Assembly: GCA_039803745.1 (NCBI GenBank)
Contig: JBDRZD010000017.1
Coordinates: 1 to 12,125, forward strand
Direction of reading: 5' to 3'
DNA from: a candidate division WOR-3 bacterium
Lineage (GTDB): Bacteria; Hydrothermota; Hydrothermia; Hydrothermales; Hydrothermaceae
DNA: 12,125 bases
Positions within the stretch are counted from its first letter, which is position 1, and the number at the start of each line of letters is the position of its first letter. Positions 7,672-12,125 of this stretch are shown here, piece by piece. Both the position numbers and the translations under genes were made by a program. Below the pieces are notes generated by a model that was not told the DNA's origin, ran no database searches, and saw only the letters and a program-made list of their open reading frames with translations.

Positions 7672-8598
7672 ATGAGGAAAGGTTTTTTAATAATTTTTTC
7701 CTTTTTCTATCTTTTTGCAGGTAGTGGAAAATACGGAAGTGAGAGATTTGAATTTGGATACAGTGCAAGGGTTCAGGGGAAAGGTTGCGCATTTATAGCA
7801 GGTGAAGATGATATAACTGCTACATTTTTAAATCCTGCAATTTTATCTTCAATCAATTCTTTAAAAATAGAGGCATCCTATTCAACATATTATGGAGGAA
7901 TTTTATCATCAGGTTCTTTTAATTTATGCTTACCAAATAAAGAAAATACTTTTGGCATCTCTTTATTTTTCATTCAAGTTCCAAAAATTCCTCATACTTA
8001 TAGTTTAGATCCTGATTCAGTTGATAATTTTGATGATATAATACTCAAAGGATATTTTAATTCCTATACATATTGTTTTAATTTTAATTTTTCAAAAAAG
8101 ATAAGAAATTTTGATTTTGGTTTAAATACAAAACTATTCTATGAAGATATTTTAAATGAAAATGGAAAAGGTGTAGGTTTTGATATTGGAATTTTGAAAA
8201 AGATAAATGAAAATACTAAATTTGGAGTTTCAATTTTAAATCTGTTTGGAACATATTTTATATGGACAACAGGTAAAAAAGAAGTTTTTAATCCTCTTTT
8301 AAATACAGGTTTTTCCTTTAATCTTTTTAAGAATCTTTTAATAAATTTTGATTTTTCAATAAAAACTGAAAATATTAAAAATTCTTCATTCTTTAATATT
8401 TCCTTTCTTTCCCTTCATCCAAGATTTGGATTTGAATGGAACTTATTTAAATTTTTAAATTTAAGGGGAGGATTAGAAGAAAGTTTTCCATGTTTTGGGT
8501 TTGGTTTTATTTTTAAAGGTTTGTTATTAGATTATGCTTTGAGATATTCTTTTGATTTAGGAGATTCGCATATAGTTACCCTTTCTTATAAAAGATGA
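7672..8598 (+). CDS. PorV/PorQ-like (UPF0164-type) outer-membrane beta-barrel protein
   Basis: Signal-peptide-like N-terminus, SARVQGKG-AFIA-EDDITATFLNPA (the 'AR..gmG.a..a...D..a...NPA' motif), GVGFDIG, alternating aromatic beta-strands, and a DYA...LGDSHIVTLSY C-terminus. Confidence 0.7.
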   Translation: MRKGFLIIFSFFYLFAGSGKYGSERFEFGYSARVQGKGCAFIAGEDDITATFLNPAILSSINSLKIEASYSTYYGGILSSGSFNLCLPNKENTFGISLFFIQVPKIPHTYSLDPDSVDNFDDIILKGYFNSYTYCFNFNFSKKIRNFDFGLNTKLFYEDILNENGKGVGFDIGILKKINENTKFGVSILNLFGTYFIWTTGKKEVFNPLLNTGFSFNLFKNLLINFDFSIKTENIKNSSFFNISFLSLHPRFGFEWNLFKFLNLRGGLEESFPCFGFGFIFKGLLLDYALRYSFDLGDSHIVTLSYKR

Positions 8599-8615
8599 TT
8601 TATCTTTAAATTTTA

Positions 8616-8623
8616 AAGGAGGT
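8616..8623 (+). promoter_or_regulatory. Shine-Dalgarno site
   Basis: AAGGAGGT, 3 nt before the ATG at 8627. Confidence 0.7.
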
Positions 8624-8626
8624 AAA

Positions 8627-9805
8627 ATGCTGGGTATAATTTTTATTTTTTTATTAAATCAAAATGCAGATGTTCTTATAAGAGATGCTGAAAACCTTAT
8701 AAAGGAAGGAAAATATCAGGTTGCAAGGGATGTATACCAAAAGGTTCTGGAGATAAAAATACATCCATTTAAAAAATATAAGGTTCTTTTAAAACTTGCA
8801 GAAATTGAAATGGAATACCTGAACATGTATGATGAAGCCCTTGAAAATCTTCTATATGCAAAAAGTCTTTTTAGTGAGAATGCCTATTTTCAGGATGAAG
8901 TATTTTATAAGCTTGGTATTCTTTATGAAAAGATGGGGGACTATAAAAAGGCAGCAGAATTTTATCAAATTGTTATTACAAAATTCAGAAAGAGTAAATA
9001 CTGGAAAGAAGCCTTTAACGCTGTTGAAAGATGTTTTAGAAAAAATGTTCCTGAATATGTGGGAAGGGTTGGTGAAATTTATATAACCCTTCCGGAATTT
9101 GAAAAAGAGATTGAAAATATGCCTCCCTTTGCAAGACCAAAAGATGAGAAGAGTAAGGCAGAATTTCTTGATAAGCTGTTGGAAAGAAAAATGCTGTTTC
9201 TTGAAGCAAAAGAAAGGGGGCTTTATCTTAAGAGTTCTTATATAGAAAAACTTGAAAGTTTTACTGAAAATATACTACTCAACATTTTATGGGAGGAAAT
9301 AACTTCAGAGGTAAAGGTAAGTGATGAAGAGATAAGGAAATATTATTCAGAACATTTGGATGAATATAAGATTCCTGAAAAATATAAATTTGTTAGAATT
9401 GAAGTTAAAGAAAAAAGTCTTGCTGAAGAAATTTTTAAAAGAATTAAAAAGGGAGAAAATCCTGAATCGCTTGCTTCAAAATATTCTGTTGCTCCTGATG
9501 CAAATAGAGGCGGGATTGTTGAAAACTATACAAAGGGTAGTTATCCGAAGGAATATTATGATTATGTCTCTAAAATGAAGGTTAATGAAATAAAAGTTTT
9601 TGAGATAAAGGAAAACAAAAACTTTGCAATTGTGAAACTTCTTGAAAAATTTCCAGAAAAATTAAGACCGATTGAAGAAGTGAAAGATATGATAGAAAGA
9701 AGGATTTTAACTGACAAACAAAGGGGAAGATGGAATGAATTTATTGAGGAATTAAAAAATAAATATAAGCCTGAGAATTATTTGAAAGGGGAAGATGTTA
9801 GATAA
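8627..9805 (+). CDS. Exported TPR-repeat protein fused to a PrsA/SurA-like parvulin (PpiC-type) foldase domain
   Basis: Hydrophobic N-terminus, TPR-like helices (GKYQVARDVYQKV; YKLGILYEKMGDYKKAAEFYQIVITKF), then VGEIYIT, VSDEEIRKYY, LASKYS...RGG and PIEEVKDMI, typical of PrsA/SurA-like proteins. Confidence 0.75.
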   Translation: MLGIIFIFLLNQNADVLIRDAENLIKEGKYQVARDVYQKVLEIKIHPFKKYKVLLKLAEIEMEYLNMYDEALENLLYAKSLFSENAYFQDEVFYKLGILYEKMGDYKKAAEFYQIVITKFRKSKYWKEAFNAVERCFRKNVPEYVGRVGEIYITLPEFEKEIENMPPFARPKDEKSKAEFLDKLLERKMLFLEAKERGLYLKSSYIEKLESFTENILLNILWEEITSEVKVSDEEIRKYYSEHLDEYKIPEKYKFVRIEVKEKSLAEEIFKRIKKGENPESLASKYSVAPDANRGGIVENYTKGSYPKEYYDYVSKMKVNEIKVFEIKENKNFAIVKLLEKFPEKLRPIEEVKDMIERRILTDKQRGRWNEFIEELKNKYKPENYLKGEDVR

Positions 9806-10946
9806 GATTTTAGAAGGAATAAAGGATTGTGTAACAAAGGAAGAACTTGAAGATAAATTAAAAAGGAAGAAAATTTTAAAAGTAAAATATGGAGCAGATC
9901 CATCAAAGCCTGATCTCCATTTGGGACACTATATATGCCTCAGGAAACTTAAAGATTTTCAAGAACTCGGGCACAGAATAATTTTTGTAATAGGCGATTT
10001 TACAGCGATGATAGGAGACCCATCAGGAAGAAGTAAGACAAGACCAAGACTTTCTGAAGAAGAGGTGAAAGAGAATTCAAAGACTTATATGGAGCAGGTT
10101 TTTAAAATACTTGATCCAGAAAAAACAGAGATTCTCTTTAACAGCAGTTGGTTATCAAAACTTTCTACAAAGGAAGTTATAGAACTTGCAGCAAAATATA
10201 CAGTTGCGAGGATGCTTGAAAGGGAAGATTTCAAAAAGAGGCTTTCCTTATCAATTCCGATTTCAATTCATGAATTTTTATATCCCCTTTTTCAAGCATA
10301 TGATTCGGTATATCTTCAAGCAGATGTTGAAATTGGTGGAGAAGACCAGTTTTTTAACTTTGCACTTACAAGAGAGATTCAAAAAGGTTTTAATCAGGAG
10401 CCACAGGTTTTTATAACAGTTCCGCTTATTGAAGGGCTTGATGGAAAATTAAAGATGTCAAAATCATATAATAATTCAATAGATTTTAATGATACACATG
10501 AGGATATGTTCGGGAAAGTGATGTCAATAAATGATGATTTAATGATAAAATATTATAAAGTTGTTTTAAGGAAATGGAATAAAGAAATTGAAAATTTTAT
10601 AAAAGAAAATCCAAGAGATGCAAAAGAAAATCTTGCCTTTGAAATCGTAAAAATATTCCATGGTGAAGAAAAGGCAAAAAAGGCAAGAGAAAATTTTATA
10701 AAAATTTTTAGAAAAAAAGAAGCACCTCTGGAAATTCCTTCATTCAAAATAAGTAGAGGTAAATTGCTTGTTGATTTAATTTATGAACTTAATTTGCTTC
10801 CTTCAAAGTCAGAAGTAAGAAGGCTTATAAGGCAAGGAGGAATTAAATTTGATAGCGAAGTGATAAAAGATGTTAATTATAAAATTTTAAATAATGGTAT
10901 TTTGAAAATAGGTAAAAGAAAATTTTTAAAGATAGAAATTTTATGA
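9795..10946 (+). CDS. tyrS: Tyrosine--tRNA ligase
   Basis: KYGADPSKPDLHLGH (HIGH), GDFTAMIGDPSG, YPLFQAYDS, GGEDQ, KMSKS, and C-terminal S4 domain SKSEVRRLIRQGG...IGKRKF. Confidence 0.97.
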   Translation: MLDKILEGIKDCVTKEELEDKLKRKKILKVKYGADPSKPDLHLGHYICLRKLKDFQELGHRIIFVIGDFTAMIGDPSGRSKTRPRLSEEEVKENSKTYMEQVFKILDPEKTEILFNSSWLSKLSTKEVIELAAKYTVARMLEREDFKKRLSLSIPISIHEFLYPLFQAYDSVYLQADVEIGGEDQFFNFALTREIQKGFNQEPQVFITVPLIEGLDGKLKMSKSYNNSIDFNDTHEDMFGKVMSINDDLMIKYYKVVLRKWNKEIENFIKENPRDAKENLAFEIVKIFHGEEKAKKARENFIKIFRKKEAPLEIPSFKISRGKLLVDLIYELNLLPSKSEVRRLIRQGGIKFDSEVIKDVNYKILNNGILKIGKRKFLKIEIL

Positions 10947-12037
10947 AAATATTTTTATTTGGAGCAACAGGATGGATAGGAAGACAAGTTTTAAAAGTTC
11001 TTGAGAAAATAAAATTTGATTATGAGATTTTTGCAATAACTGCTAATAAAAGAGAAGATAATCTTTATAAAATTTTTAAAAAGTGGAAGCCAAAATATGC
11101 ATTCATAACCGGTAAAAAAAGTGGTAAATATAAGGAATTTATATATGGAAAGGAAAAGATAAATGATGTTATTGATAAAAGTGATATTATAATCTTTGCA
11201 TGCAGTGGTACAGACCTCGCAGAAAATTTTTTTCATGCTTTAAAAAAAAATAAAAAAATCCTTATTTCAAATAAGGAAATAATTGTTTCCTTTGGCGAAA
11301 TTATTCCTGAAAAATATTTTGATAATATAATTCCACTTGATTCAGAGCATTCCTCTTTATTTCAATTATTAAAGAAGATTGATTTTTCAGAAATTGAAAA
11401 GATTGCAATTACAGCTTCAGGTGGTCCATTTTTTGGTAGAGAGAAATTAGAGGATATAAAATTTGAGGAAGTTTTTTTACATCCAGTTTGGAAAATGGGT
11501 AAGAAGATAACTGTTGATTCAGCAACGATGATGAATAAAGGGCTTGAAATAATTGAAGCCCATTATTTATTTAAAATACCTGCCTCAAAAATAGAAGTAA
11601 TAGTTCATCCTCAGGCAATTATACATTCTTTTATTTTAACAAAAGATGGTTTTGTTTTTTCAAACATGTTTTATCCTGATATGAAATATCCAATTTTATA
11701 TGCCCTTTCATATCCTGAAAGAAAGGAGAATGATTTTAAAAAAATAAATTTTGATGATTTGAGCCTTTATTTCCATAAAATAAATAAAGAAGAGAATAAA
11801 GCAATAGAACTTGCTTATTTTGCTGTGGATAAAAAAAACGGGTATCCAGCAGTTTTAAATTTTGCAGATGAGGAAGCAGTTAATTTATTTTTAAAGAGAA
11901 AAATAAAATTTAAGGAAATAATTCCTATTGTTGAAAAAGTTTTTGAAAGCTATGCGCCTTTTAAAGTAAAAAAATTTGATGATATAAAAGAAATTGAAAT
12001 ATGGACTAAGAAAAAGATTGAGGAAATTTTGAGATGA
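10943..12037 (+). CDS. dxr: 1-deoxy-D-xylulose 5-phosphate reductoisomerase
   Basis: GATGWIG, NKE, DSEH, TASGGPF, HPVWKMGKKITVDSATMMNKGLEIIEAHYLF, HPQAIIHS, PDMKYPI. Confidence 0.96.
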   Translation: MKIFLFGATGWIGRQVLKVLEKIKFDYEIFAITANKREDNLYKIFKKWKPKYAFITGKKSGKYKEFIYGKEKINDVIDKSDIIIFACSGTDLAENFFHALKKNKKILISNKEIIVSFGEIIPEKYFDNIIPLDSEHSSLFQLLKKIDFSEIEKIAITASGGPFFGREKLEDIKFEEVFLHPVWKMGKKITVDSATMMNKGLEIIEAHYLFKIPASKIEVIVHPQAIIHSFILTKDGFVFSNMFYPDMKYPILYALSYPERKENDFKKINFDDLSLYFHKINKEENKAIELAYFAVDKKNGYPAVLNFADEEAVNLFLKRKIKFKEIIPIVEKVFESYAPFKVKKFDDIKEIEIWTKKKIEEILR

Positions 12038-12125
12038 ATATTTTAATCGTTTTAATTGTTTTAGGAATTCTTATAACTGTTCATGAACTGGGACATTTCT
12101 TGTTTGCTAAATTGAGAAATTGTAA
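12034..12125 (+). CDS. rseP: RIP metalloprotease RseP (M50), 3'-partial
   Basis: Not in the ORF track. ATG at 12034 overlaps the dxr TGA and reads MNILIVLIVLGILITVHELGHFLFAKLRNC, a TM helix with HELGH. dxr-rseP is a widely conserved gene order. Confidence 0.88.
   Translation, partial: MNILIVLIVLGILITVHELGHFLFAKLRNC

Noticed and set aside
8603..8623. Small hairpin ctttaa-att-ttaaag touching the SD, as a possible RNA thermometer
   Set aside because: Almost all A-U pairs with a 3-nt loop. Too weak and likely by chance in AT-rich DNA.
8829..11236. ORFs 8829-9086, 9360-9578, 10186-10416 (+) and 10553-10747, 10991-11236 (-)
   Set aside because: Fully nested in intact conserved genes, with no motifs or sign of frameshifting.
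1..12125. CRISPR arrays, tRNA/rRNA, IS elements, riboswitches
   Set aside because: Intergenic gaps are at most 56 bp. I saw no spaced repeats, GC-rich structured segments or transposase/integrase motifs.

Overview
Very AT-rich, densely coding bacterial DNA with Lys/Glu/Ile-rich proteins, suggesting a thermophile. A T9SS-type C-terminal sorting motif and a PorV/PorQ-like barrel point to an FCB-related lineage such as WOR-3 (inference). Two gene blocks diverge from a 56-bp, near-palindromic spacer (5152-5207) holding two overlapping sigma70-type promoters that each appear to start at the ATG (leaderless). The minus block is four genes joined by 4-bp stop/start overlaps: archaemetzincin (M54), M48 metalloprotease, an 871-aa Hanks-type Ser/Thr kinase fused to a UvrD/PcrA-like SF1 helicase, and a Cx4Cx2C radical SAM protein. 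The plus block is a DRG/OBG-family TGS GTPase, thiI with a rhodanese domain, a PorV-like barrel, a TPR-parvulin fusion, tyrS, dxr and the start of rseP. The kinase-helicase fusion and its operon are the best candidate for an undescribed system. I saw no RNA genes, CRISPR arrays or mobile elements.
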